Below the pieces are notes generated by a model, which was not told the origin of the DNA, made no database searches, and was given only the letters and a program-made list of their open reading frames with translations. From Flavobacterium sp. JAD_PAG50586_2 (GTDB lineage: Bacteria; Bacteroidota; Bacteroidia; Flavobacteriales; Flavobacteriaceae): a DNA stretch of 64,000 bases. The stretch is taken from assembly GCA_023213215.1 (NCBI GenBank), contig CP096136.1, positions 3,322,724 to 3,386,723 on the forward strand, given 5' to 3'. The translations under genes were made by a program, and so were the position numbers. Within the stretch, counting starts at the first letter, position 1. Each line of letters opens with the position of its first letter. Of this stretch, positions 9,206-18,928 are shown piece after piece.

Positions 9206-10404
9206 TTACTCCCTTTCCTCATTTTCATTGAAGGCTGAAGGCAGTAGCTGTGGGATGAATTTTATAAGGATGGGTAGCAGCAAACCTCCGCCTGGCAATA
9301 GGAAAATTGTCAACGATGGAACCGATTTGCAGATGTCCAGTAATTGTACTTTTATTTTTTCTTTTCGTCCTTATCCAATTCCTTATGCGTAGACTTGGCT
9401 AAAAGATGCATAAGTTCCTTGCTTTGTGAAACTTCCTTTATCAGCCTTTTTTTGTTTCTATTGATTAGGATCTGTACACTTTCGGTAGTATGGTCATAGA
9501 AATTCTTAACGGGATTAGAATTGTTGAAATAGGGGATTTCCTTTTTATAGCTAACAATGAAATTATTAACAAAGGCAATGCTTCCGATTGTAAAGCTTTC
9601 CGGAATCTCTAATTTTTCGCCAAGCTTGAACAGAAAATAACGCTCCTCATTTTCTACTTTTTCATCGCTCCACAAGCTAACTCCGGCCAGATCAATCAGG
9701 TAAAATTTCTCTAAGTCATTGCTCAGGTAACTCAAATCCAAATCGTCAATCGTTTTGATTCCCTTATTCGAAAACTTATTGTAGCGTACAGACGATTCAA
9801 ACAGCTTCTGCAGCAATTCATCATGGACAGAAACTCCGGTTTTGGATTTCAAAGAAAGCGAAACAATGCTGATGACAATATCCTCAATCCGATTGAAATA
9901 TTTTTCGGGAAGCGAACCTTTTTCCAAATGCTTTTTAAAAGCCAATACGTCAACGAATAATAAGGCATTTGTAATGACATGTGAGAAGTTTTTGCTAAAC
10001 AAATCCTCATTGGTCTGCACTCTTTCGTGGATGATTTTCTCCAGTTTGCTCAGGTTGGAACTGCTTGGGAGCATTTTCTGCAAAGGATTAAACCCTTTTG
10101 GCGTCAGCAGATTGTAAAAGGCAACAGCTTCAGCAACAAAATGATTGTGATCGATATCCTGTTTAGTCACACAATACATTTTATAAAGCGTATTGAGCAT
10201 CCCAATTTTGGATATTTCCTCAGGATGAAGGCCTTCCATTGGAATTGCCTTTGCGGTATCAAAACTAACAATATGTCCAAAAATAAAACCCGTAGCCCTT
10301 GTTCTGGAATAGAACTCTTCTGCTGTAAGCACAAAAGAATGCTCAGCAGCTTTCTGTTCAATAAAGAACTTTTCAATCCAACCGGGCGCAGAAGGGTTAA
10401 TCAT
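9206..10404 (-). CDS. LETM1-related (biofilm-associated) protein, frameshift in the A-run at ~9355
   Basis: Restoring one A extends the ORF to ...QLLDICKSVPSLTIFLLPGGGLLLPILIKFIPQLLPSAF, the LETM1-type C-terminus. Confidence 0.85.
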
Positions 10405-10460
10405 TTGGGATTATTTTATAGTACAAAACTAAGGCTTTTTTACAAGCTAAAAAATCAAAC

Positions 10461-11044
10461 TCAAAAGGAGTCTCTGGATTTAATGTTTTGTTCACAAAGC
10501 GTTATAATTTGTGTAATACGGGCAATGCGGGTTTCTTCCCGTTTGGCCTGATTAAGCCAGTAAAGGTAACTTTTTCTATAGGACGGACTGAAGTTATTAT
10601 AATTAGTCAGGGCCTTTTTGTTTTTAGAAAAAGCGTCTGCTAAATCTGCAGGTACTTCCAGATTTTCAACGCCGTCCAGGCTTGTCCAGGAACCATTCTG
10701 TTTGGCAGTTTCAATTTTTTCAGGCCGCTTTCATGCATTAGGTTGTCGGCAATCAGCTTTTCGATGTAGGTTTTGTTTAGTTTGCTCCAGACGCTTTTGT
10801 CCTTTCGTGGTGTGAACAGCTGACGCCTGCGTTCCTCATCCAGCCTTTTTGCGGTAGAATCTATCCAGCCATAGCAGATGGCAACCTGAACGGCTTCTTC
10901 CCAACGCATGCTTTCTACAGCGCTTGCCACTCTGTAAAATACAAGATAAACTCCTTTCGAAGAATGATGATTGCCATGTAGCCATTCCCGCCATTCCTTG
11001 GCATTTCTGAAGTATAAAAGTTCCTTTTCTTCCAAGCTTTTCAA
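10461..11044 (-). CDS. YdeI/OmpD-associated family protein, frameshift at ~10715
   Basis: WREWL...WEEAVQVAICYGWIDS...FTPRK..SVWSKLNK; restored tail PADLADAF...YRKSYLYWLNQAKREETR. Confidence 0.85.
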
Positions 11045-11071
11045 AAATTGGTTTAGGTAAAGATAAAATTA

Positions 11072-12721
11072 TTATTTCAAAATCGCGGGCAAAATATAGT
11101 CTTCCATCATCCTGTCAACTTGTGAATGTGCGTAAGGTTTATTATAGGCTTTTGCAGTGATTACGATGGTTATGGGCAAATCCTTAAAGACAAATATCTT
11201 ATTTCCACCGTTTCCTGCGCAATAAAACGTTTCATAGTTTTTGTCGTTTACCGTATAGGTTTTATTCCAAAACAAATAGCCATAAAATTCATTTTCCCTT
11301 TCTGGTATCGGCATCTGCCTGGTAAGTGTTTTGCTTACCCATTCGGCTGGGATTATTTGCTGATTGTTCCATAGCCCTTTATTTTTATAAAGCTGACCAA
11401 TCTTTGCGAATCCTAACGAGGTCATCTGAAGTCCTCCAGCAGTATTGACTACTTTTTGTGGTGTGTATTGCCATTGATAGCTTTTGATTTCGAGCGGCTT
11501 AAATAACTTTTCCTCAGCATATTTTTCTAATCCGTTAGGTGTCGATTTATCTAATATGTCACCCAATAGAACTACTCCCGCTGTAAAATAATCCCATTGC
11601 TTTCCATTCGATTTCAGGCTGTCCATCGGTAAATCTAGGGCAAATTTAACCCAATCGGCTGTGGGATACATGTTTTCCTCATTACCAGGTGAATCACTAT
11701 TTTGGTCAGAGCCATCAAATGCCGAACTCATAGTCAGCAAATCTTTTAAGCTTACCTTTTCTTTTTGGATTGAAGGATTTTGGAACTTCTTAAAATCGTA
11801 AAACGAACTCAAAACCTGATTTTCATCTTTAATAAATCCATCATTTATGGCAATTCCCATTAGTATTGAGGCAAATGATTTTCCTACCGAACGTGTGTCG
11901 TGCAGTGAGGTTCGTTCAGCAGTATTGAAATATTCTTCCAACAATAGCTTTCCATCCTTTATAACTACAATGCTCGTAATGGCCTTGAATGAGTTTTGAA
12001 GGATTTCACTATTCAGCTTTTCAATTTTCTTTTTATCGAGTTTAGAATCCGATAGTTCGAATCCGCTGTTTTTGGCAATGTGTTGGATAGCCATTTGTTT
12101 TGCCGTTATTTTTGGCTTTTTGATAAGTAGGGTAAGGCTGCCGGAAGCAATTAATTTTCCGATTTTGGCTTCTTCCTCATTCATTTTCACGTAGGGCCTC
12201 ATTTCTACGGTCAATTTGTGCTTACCATTGGTCAGTACTTTCTCTCCACCGTTATTTTTGAATCGTTCGAACAGATATATAGACCACCAATCACCTCCGG
12301 CAGTGTCGGTAAAAGGAACGCGGAAGGTAGTAGTTATACTTTTTCGCAATCCGCAGCCAGGATGGATGTTTTCTTTATAAATTAAGGTATCATCAACATA
12401 AAAAGAAAATTGGTAATTGCCTTTGGAGTTTAGTTCGTCTGCAGTCAATTCGGGAGCAAGCGGATGCATATAGTTGGTTATGGAATTGGCCATGAAAACC
12501 CTAATGTTCAGATTGCTTTGAGCCGTCAGTTCAAGCGAAGTTAAGAAGTCCTTTTCTGTATATTCCTCAAGCGGAATGTTCCTGTCCATAAAGGTAATCC
12601 TCCCGATATTGGATTGATGTAAAACAGACGTGATTCCATCAGTTGCAACGAGATTATCGGTCTGCCCAAAACTTATCATACTCGAAATGCCCAACATACA
12701 AACGATTAAAATCCTTTTCAT
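11072..12721 (-). CDS. Secreted serine hydrolase (class C beta-lactamase / AmpC-like fold) with N-terminal extension
   Basis: Signal peptide; RSVGKS (SxxK), LLTMSS, WDY, YGYLFW, GNGGN motifs. Confidence 0.85.
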   Translation of the reverse strand: MKRILIVCMLGISSMISFGQTDNLVATDGITSVLHQSNIGRITFMDRNIPLEEYTEKDFLTSLELTAQSNLNIRVFMANSITNYMHPLAPELTADELNSKGNYQFSFYVDDTLIYKENIHPGCGLRKSITTTFRVPFTDTAGGDWWSIYLFERFKNNGGEKVLTNGKHKLTVEMRPYVKMNEEEAKIGKLIASGSLTLLIKKPKITAKQMAIQHIAKNSGFELSDSKLDKKKIEKLNSEILQNSFKAITSIVVIKDGKLLLEEYFNTAERTSLHDTRSVGKSFASILMGIAINDGFIKDENQVLSSFYDFKKFQNPSIQKEKVSLKDLLTMSSAFDGSDQNSDSPGNEENMYPTADWVKFALDLPMDSLKSNGKQWDYFTAGVVLLGDILDKSTPNGLEKYAEEKLFKPLEIKSYQWQYTPQKVVNTAGGLQMTSLGFAKIGQLYKNKGLWNNQQIIPAEWVSKTLTRQMPIPERENEFYGYLFWNKTYTVNDKNYETFYCAGNGGNKIFVFKDLPITIVITAKAYNKPYAHSQVDRMMEDYILPAILK

Positions 12722-12794
12722 AACTTATATTTTTAGCTGCAATACTACCGCTTAAAGTAAGTCAAAAATAGAATAGGATTAACATTGGAGAATT

Positions 12795-13603
12795 TTAACT
12801 AAAAAGTATTTTTCGGTATGCTGAGGGATTGATACCGTTGAACTCCCTAAAGCATCTTGTAAAATGGCTTTGGTCGGAAAAACCGCAATCAAAAGCAATA
12901 GTAGTCAAATCGAGGTTTTTTTGAGCGATAAGTTCCAATGACTTTTGGATTCTTAGCTTCCGAATGTAAGTTCCTAAGCCGGAATTAAAATATTTGGGAA
13001 AATCCCTTGAAAGATGGACTGGATGGATATTTGCCGTTTTAGATAAATAGTCTAACGAAAGCGTCTCCGAAAACTGGTCGTTCAGAATGGCTTTGATTTC
13101 GGCAACCCAGGTTGGATTTTTAGCGGTATTGGTTTGTTGATTACTTACCATTTTCGATAAGGTTTCGAGTAATAATGCCTTAATTGAAAGCGTTGACAAC
13201 GTATCGTCAAGCTTCGTTTCAGTAAAAATCTGATACATCAAAAATTTTAAATCGACATCGGCAATGTTAAGGCTTCCTGCAAATTATCGGTATTAAATCC
13301 TAAGGTATCAAACCACGATTTTTCTATTTCGATATGAAAACCTCTGGTAAATCCTTCAGGCTTGATATTATAATGAGGTTCCTGCCAGTTGTGGAATAGT
13401 AAACTTCCGGCAGAACAGTTGTAGATTTCCTTTTTATTGCCTTCAATAACATTACCCTGAAGTATAAAAGTAAAATAGGCATTTTCGTGATAATGCCAAT
13501 CTACTTTGTCATGGGTGTAAACGGTATCGGTCAGCGTTAATCCCTCTAAATGAATAGTCGTATTAGTCTGCCCATAAAACTCACCCTTTTGTGATAGCTT
13601 CAT
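12795..13603 (-). CDS. AraC-family regulator (cupin sensor + HTH), frameshift at ~13284
   Basis: N-half WHYHENAYFTFILQG; C-half HPVHLSRDF...IAFDCGFSDQSHFTRCF; restoring one G joins them. Confidence 0.88.
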
Positions 13604-13631
13604 TTGGTATTTAGTTCTAGCGGATGTTTAT

Positions 13632-14252
13632 TCATGGCTTAAAGTAGTGCAGGTACCAATCATTTTTATCAAAATTCCTTGCATTAGTATCAATTTTATG
13701 ATTGGAATCAATTTTTGAATAAAGTATTTCTAACGATTCGTATTCCCTCCAGCTAATAATCTTAAATCCTGACTGAAAAAGTTTTGCGCCACAAACTCCC
13801 ATCCCAATTTGATATTTTTTCTCTTCTGCAAATCTATCTCCATCATAAATTACCCTATTCCCACACGCAGCACTAACGTCCATCATTATTGCCAATTCAA
13901 TATCATTTTCCTGAGCGACGGCCAACATTTTTTCAGCGGCTTTTATCATTCCTGATGTCCAGTCAATTCCGGATGAAGTTAATACTTTTGCATTTCCATT
14001 AAGTACATCAAATCCATCACCTCCATATATATCACACATTTCTCTTGGGGTTCCGAAAGAAAAGTCCTCCGGGCAAAATGGGATGAATTTGATATTTTCG
14101 TACTGCAGTAATTTCAAAACGCTTGAATACTCTCCATAGTTATCCCCATTTACACCGCATTTGGCACCAAGCAGGCAGGAACTGAAAAGTATTCTTAAGG
14201 GATTTTCCTTAGTGGGAATTCTAAGATTCTTTAAGTAGTCTACAGTTGACAT
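13632..14252 (-). CDS. DUF523 / 2-thiouracil desulfurase (TudS)-like protein
   Basis: SSCLLG, FCPE..FGTPRE, SAACG and GMGV motifs typical of DUF523. Confidence 0.8.
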   Translation of the reverse strand: MSTVDYLKNLRIPTKENPLRILFSSCLLGAKCGVNGDNYGEYSSVLKLLQYENIKFIPFCPEDFSFGTPREMCDIYGGDGFDVLNGNAKVLTSSGIDWTSGMIKAAEKMLAVAQENDIELAIMMDVSAACGNRVIYDGDRFAEEKKYQIGMGVCGAKLFQSGFKIISWREYESLEILYSKIDSNHKIDTNARNFDKNDWYLHYFKP

Positions 14253-14287
14253 TTGATGAATGTTAATTAACAGACTTGGTGTTTATC

Positions 14288-14812
14288 TTATTGTATAATA
14301 GCAGTACAGGCAACTCTTCCACCGGCATTTCCTGTAGGTTGCGTAGTGAAATCGTCTGCTTTTTCGTGAACAATCAGACCTTTACCAAGAATATCCTTTG
14401 TAGCATCGCCACAGCCAATACACCATTCATTAGTTTTGAAAAGTATGGTAGCCGTTCCATCTTCCTTTACAGGAAAGTTTCCGATATCACCTTTATGGTA
14501 TTCGGCATCACCCCATTTTCCGTGTTTTTTGAAAGTTGGATTCCAGTGTCCACCTGCAGAGGAAGCGTCAGCGGCAGAACAATCCGCCTTTTCGTGAATG
14601 TGGATAGCATGAACTCCGGGTTGTAAGCCTGTTAGTTTTGCTTCGAGGCTGACTTCGCCATTCTTTTCAATAAAAACTGCAGTTCCTTCGACCTTACTGC
14701 CGCTTTTGGATTCAAAATGAATACCTACTTTTTTGGAATTATCAGTAGCAGTAGAATTTTTACATCCGATAGTGCATAATCCGAGAGCTAGAATACCTAG
14801 AATATTTTTCAT
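14288..14812 (-). CDS. sodC: Cu/Zn superoxide dismutase family lipoprotein
   Basis: Lipobox IGC; HAIHIHE, SAGGHWNP, HKGDIGN, LIVHEKADD, GNAGGRVAC. Confidence 0.92.
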   Translation of the reverse strand: MKNILGILALGLCTIGCKNSTATDNSKKVGIHFESKSGSKVEGTAVFIEKNGEVSLEAKLTGLQPGVHAIHIHEKADCSAADASSAGGHWNPTFKKHGKWGDAEYHKGDIGNFPVKEDGTATILFKTNEWCIGCGDATKDILGKGLIVHEKADDFTTQPTGNAGGRVACTAIIQ

Positions 14813-14923
14813 GACGTTTGTTTTTAGAATTCTATAAAAGTAAATAATTACCACCTCATCCATTTACAATATTTTGTTAAAAGGTTTCAGAATGTAGATT
14901 TCCGCCTTAGCGGGAATGATCAA

Positions 14924-15448
14924 TTATTTCGTTTTTTCTCCCACAAAGTAATCACTTTGCGATTTAAACAGCACGTTAAAAGTGGTTAAGGTTCCATAAA
15001 TACGGGTAATGTATTGCTGAAGCTCCACTTTTTCGATTTCCTCCAGTTTGCTTGCATTTATTTTCTGCTCCATTACACGTAGTCTGTCACGAAGCATTAC
15101 GATTTTATGGAAGAAGGCATCTATAGGTACATCTTTACCAGCTAAACCAGCCTGTCCCGGTTCTAATTTCATGGTACCACCTTTCCATTTATCGCCAATA
15201 GCGACAGGTTCTCCCAAACCGTTCCATTTTTTCAAGATAGAAAGAAGGCTTTGTTCTACATCATAAAAGCTAATTGTATCTACTTCATTTTCTGCGGCTT
15301 CTATTACTTCAAATTCGCTGTCGATAGCAATGGTTTCCAATCCGCCGTCTATAAAAGTTACCCAATATTCTTTTGATGATACATTGGTTACCACGCCTTT
15401 TCCATATTCAGTGTGGTTTATTCTTGAGCCAATACCTAATAATTTCAT
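14924..15448 (-). CDS. Conserved hypothetical protein
   Basis: Intact 174-aa ORF with ATG; FFHKIVMLRDRLRVMEQKIN...QQYITRIYGTLTTFN is a conserved-looking C-terminus. Confidence 0.75.
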   Translation of the reverse strand: MKLLGIGSRINHTEYGKGVVTNVSSKEYWVTFIDGGLETIAIDSEFEVIEAAENEVDTISFYDVEQSLLSILKKWNGLGEPVAIGDKWKGGTMKLEPGQAGLAGKDVPIDAFFHKIVMLRDRLRVMEQKINASKLEEIEKVELQQYITRIYGTLTTFNVLFKSQSDYFVGEKTK

Positions 15449-15536
15449 AATTATATTTTTATTGGACTAAAATAGGAATTTACTATAAATAAAAAAACTG
15501 CCAATAGAATTATTAACTTGCGTTAAAATTAAACAC

Positions 15537-15910
15537 ATGGAAATCGCAATCATAGCACACGACGGAAAAAAGCCGACATGGTTCAGTTCATCAATAAAAA
15601 CAAACATCTTTTAGCCAAAGAGAACATCAGGCTTATCGCAACCGGAACCACAGGAAGCAAAGTCGAAGCAGTTGGTATTAAGGTGAGGAAAATGCTTTCA
15701 GGACCATTAGGAGGCGATGCTCAGATTGCAGCCCGCGTTGCCGAAGGAAAAACCAAAATGGTATTGTTCTTTAAAGACCCTAACTCTAGCCACGCGCACG
15801 AGCCTGATATCAGTATGCTGATTCGGATTTGCGATGTACACAATGTTCCTTTAGCTACCAACGAAGCCACTGCACAGTTGCTATTATTGGGTTTGGATGA
15901 GATGAAGTAA
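15537..15910 (+). CDS. mgsA: Methylglyoxal synthase, frameshift in the A-run at ~15567
   Basis: Restored N-terminus MEIAIIAHDGKKADM; ATGTTG, SGPLGGDAQI, FFKDP..HAHEPD, CDVHNVPLATN. Confidence 0.93.
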
Positions 15911-16051
15911 ATAAAACTCTGTTAGCCATTTCTCATTTTTTGATGATTTAATTTATAGATAGAATTATATAAAACCACCCAGACATTATATAACACATTA
16001 TACTAACCCAGAAGCTAAATTTACAAGTAACTTAATCTAAAATGTAAAGCG

Positions 16052-16471
16052 ATGGAAAAGATGAGCCCCGTAGTGCATTTCGAAATGCCTGCAGAAGACC
16101 GAAACCGGATGGCTGTATTTTACAATAAAGCCTTTGGGTGGAAGACGCACATGCTCGGAGAAGATATGGGTAATTATGTAGTAGTTACCACTACCGAAAC
16201 GGATGAGAACGGCATGATTGAAAATAAAGGAGCAATCAACGGCGGCTTCTATCCCAAAAATGATGAAACCCCAGATCAGTATCCTTCTTTAGTCATAGGT
16301 GTTGAAAACATTCGGGAAGCCATGGACGACATAATTGAAGCCGGAGGTAAATTATTGGGCGAGCCAATGGACATTCCGGGGCACGGTTTATATGTTTCCT
16401 TTTATGATACGGAAGGCAATCGCGTAAGCATCATTCAACCTATTATGAAAATGCAATCTTCGGGAAAATGA
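16052..16471 (+). CDS. VOC (glyoxalase/bleomycin resistance) family protein
   Basis: VVHFEMPAED...FYNKAFGW, AINGGF, GGKLLGEPMDIPGHG...FYDTEGNR. Confidence 0.85.
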   Translation: MEKMSPVVHFEMPAEDRNRMAVFYNKAFGWKTHMLGEDMGNYVVVTTTETDENGMIENKGAINGGFYPKNDETPDQYPSLVIGVENIREAMDDIIEAGGKLLGEPMDIPGHGLYVSFYDTEGNRVSIIQPIMKMQSSGK

Positions 16472-16941
16472 GAGGCTGTTGGATCATATTAACCATTCTC
16501 ATGTTCTCCTGTAATCATAAGCAGAACTCCCCAATTATTCCGTCGAATATGACAGATACCATTGTTGTAGAACAGGATAAAGCGGAAGATTCTATTTATA
16601 ATAGGCAAAAAAATGATACGATTTCTATGTTGGTAGAAGACGAAAATGGAAAGTACACTGCCTTTGGTACGATTGATTCGATAAGCCATATTTATGTAAA
16701 ATTCAACAACGAAGACACTGGTAATCTAACCGCAGTTATTACTCCAATAGAGGGTACAGGTAACATTCGTTTTAACCAAATCCTATTTCCCGATAAAACT
16801 GCCGATGGCCCATTTGGCAAAGAGATGGTACTCGAACTCAAACAAACCGGAGAACACACTTTGATAATCGGTCATTCCTTAATGGCGGATCATCCTTATA
16901 GAGGAAAATTCAAGGTAGAGCTTCAGGTAGTGGAGGAATGA
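16468..16941 (+). CDS. Hypothetical lipoprotein
   Basis: Lipobox MFSC; 4-bp overlap with the upstream VOC gene. Confidence 0.7.
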   Translation: MRGCWIILTILMFSCNHKQNSPIIPSNMTDTIVVEQDKAEDSIYNRQKNDTISMLVEDENGKYTAFGTIDSISHIYVKFNNEDTGNLTAVITPIEGTGNIRFNQILFPDKTADGPFGKEMVLELKQTGEHTLIIGHSLMADHPYRGKFKVELQVVEE

Positions 16942-16960
16942 TGGTTGTATTCGATTTGAT

Positions 16961-17683
16961 TTATCGGCTCAAAATCTTTTTAGTTACAAATTCATTGAAA
17001 AAATAGTCCCTGTAAATAGTTCCAATTGGGATTTCATTTTTTCCAATATACACCGTATTATTATCAACCGAATCTATTCTGTCCGCATTGATTATATAGG
17101 ATTTGCTGACCCTCACAAACATTTTTTTAGGGAGCTGTTCATGAATGGTTTTTATATTCATGGCTGTAATTATCTTCTGGTTCTCCGTATGCATCACCAC
17201 ATAATCCTTTAACCCTTCAATAAAATGGATGTCATTAAAGTAGACTTTGATGATTTTTCGATCCGCTTTGATAAAGAAATGATTATCGGTTATTTGCTCT
17301 ATATTATTATGTGAATTTCCTTTTTTCAATAAGATAGAGTAGGACAGGGCTTTGTCAACTGCCTTGTGGAAGCGCTCTAATTTTACAGGCTTAATCAAAT
17401 AATCAATGGCATCCACTTCATAGCTCTCGGTTGCAAATTCTGAAAATGCTGTCGTAAAAATAACAAAGGTTTTTTCGGGGATTGTTTTGGCGAATTCAAT
17501 TCCATTAATTCCAGGCATCTGAATATCGAGAAAGATTAAGTCTATTCTTGTACCATGCACAAATTTTGAAGCTGTTGCTGCACTGTTAAACGAACCGAGT
17601 AAAGTTAAATCCGGTGTTTTCTCTATCAGCATTTCAATCGCCTCTCTTCCTAAAGGCTCGTCATCTACAATTATACAGTTCAT
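16961..17683 (-). CDS. LytTR-family response regulator
   Basis: IIVDDEP, FLDIQMP, DYLIKP receiver motifs; FVRVSKSYIIN LytTR motif. Confidence 0.93.
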   Translation of the reverse strand: MNCIIVDDEPLGREAIEMLIEKTPDLTLLGSFNSAATASKFVHGTRIDLIFLDIQMPGINGIEFAKTIPEKTFVIFTTAFSEFATESYEVDAIDYLIKPVKLERFHKAVDKALSYSILLKKGNSHNNIEQITDNHFFIKADRKIIKVYFNDIHFIEGLKDYVVMHTENQKIITAMNIKTIHEQLPKKMFVRVSKSYIINADRIDSVDNNTVYIGKNEIPIGTIYRDYFFNEFVTKKILSR

Positions 17684-18729
17684 AATTTTATACTTAGGAT
17701 TACAGAATAGGTTGTTTCACTTTCTTCAATTTGCAACAGGTGAGAATCAGGAAACAGTAATTGCAACCTTCTTTTTATATTAGCCAATCCCAATCCACCT
17801 GAATTGGTTTTTACTGCCTTTAAAATGGGTTTTGAATTCACGCATTTAAAGATGAGCTCGTCATTTAGGTTCTTAAATTCAAGGTTCACATACGACGCTT
17901 TTTCCGAATCATTATTGTGTTTCACGGCATTTTCTACAAATGAAATAAACAACAAAGGCGGAATCTGAACACCATTCAGGTTGCCTTCCTTAGAGATAAC
18001 AAAGTCAAAACTATCCCTTCGTATTTTCTCCAAATTTAGAAAATCTTCCAAGAAATGAATGTCAGAAGTCAGGAAAACCTGTTCCCTCGCACTGTCATAC
18101 AATTGATAGCGTAATAAATCACTCAATTTCATTAAAACCTGCGAAGCCTTATCAGGATCTTTCTTCGTCAGCACATTGGCATTGTTCAGCATATTGAAAA
18201 GAAAATGCGGATTGATCTGATTCTTTAACTGTTCTAATTCGGCACTGGTTTTAGCCTGCTCCAGATCATTAATTAATTGGGCATCCAATATCCATTGCTG
18301 GAATAATTTAACGGCGGCAGAGGCAATGATAAGCACAAGGATAACAAAGGAATAGCTAAGCAAATTGATATCATCCATTTCATAAGGAAGCAAATTGGGC
18401 CTAAAAAAATAGGCAGAAACCTTATTGATAAATGTCAGGGTAAAAATCCCCACGAAGACAAACAGGCCGTAGCTGATATACTTTTTCTTAAACAAAAACC
18501 GCGGTACAAAAAAATACATATTGCTATACGAAAGTAGCATTATCTGAAAAAAAGTGACAATACGATTGTAGGTTTCGGTCGGTTCCGTATAGTCTGGAGG
18601 ACTGTAACATATAACTAGTATGCTGAATCCTATCAGGATTAAATGCCGGTGCCATCTGTATTTCTTCGAGATAAAAAGCTGCAGCATTAAATTTTGCTCA
18701 ATCAGCGGCTTGTGTAAAATTTTATTCAT
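17680..18729 (-). CDS. LytS/YehU-type sensor histidine kinase
   Basis: TM helices; LKNQINPHFLFNMLNN, FVENAVKH, GGLGLANIKRRL; likely start MNKILHKP. Confidence 0.92.
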   Translation of the reverse strand: MNKILHKPLIEQNLMLQLFISKKYRWHRHLILIGFSILVICYSPPDYTEPTETYNRIVTFFQIMLLSYSNMYFFVPRFLFKKKYISYGLFVFVGIFTLTFINKVSAYFFRPNLLPYEMDDINLLSYSFVILVLIIASAAVKLFQQWILDAQLINDLEQAKTSAELEQLKNQINPHFLFNMLNNANVLTKKDPDKASQVLMKLSDLLRYQLYDSAREQVFLTSDIHFLEDFLNLEKIRRDSFDFVISKEGNLNGVQIPPLLFISFVENAVKHNNDSEKASYVNLEFKNLNDELIFKCVNSKPILKAVKTNSGGLGLANIKRRLQLLFPDSHLLQIEESETTYSVILSIKL

Positions 18730-18928
18730 AAGTATCTTAAATAGGTAAAGCAAATGTAAATACAATGCAATGCCACAATTTACAATTTATACCAAAGTAC
18801 ATCTTTTTTATACGAAAATTTTAATCAGTTTAAAATGGCATTTCATATAAAAAATCTTCGCTTTGGTATAATTCAAAAAAAGCCAATTCGGGAATGCTAT
18901 AAGTTCGCAGAAATCTAATCATTACTCT

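Noticed and set aside
11072-12721. Bona fide beta-lactamase resistance gene
   Set aside because: SxxK fold only; the family includes many esterases and peptidases, and activity cannot be inferred from sequence.
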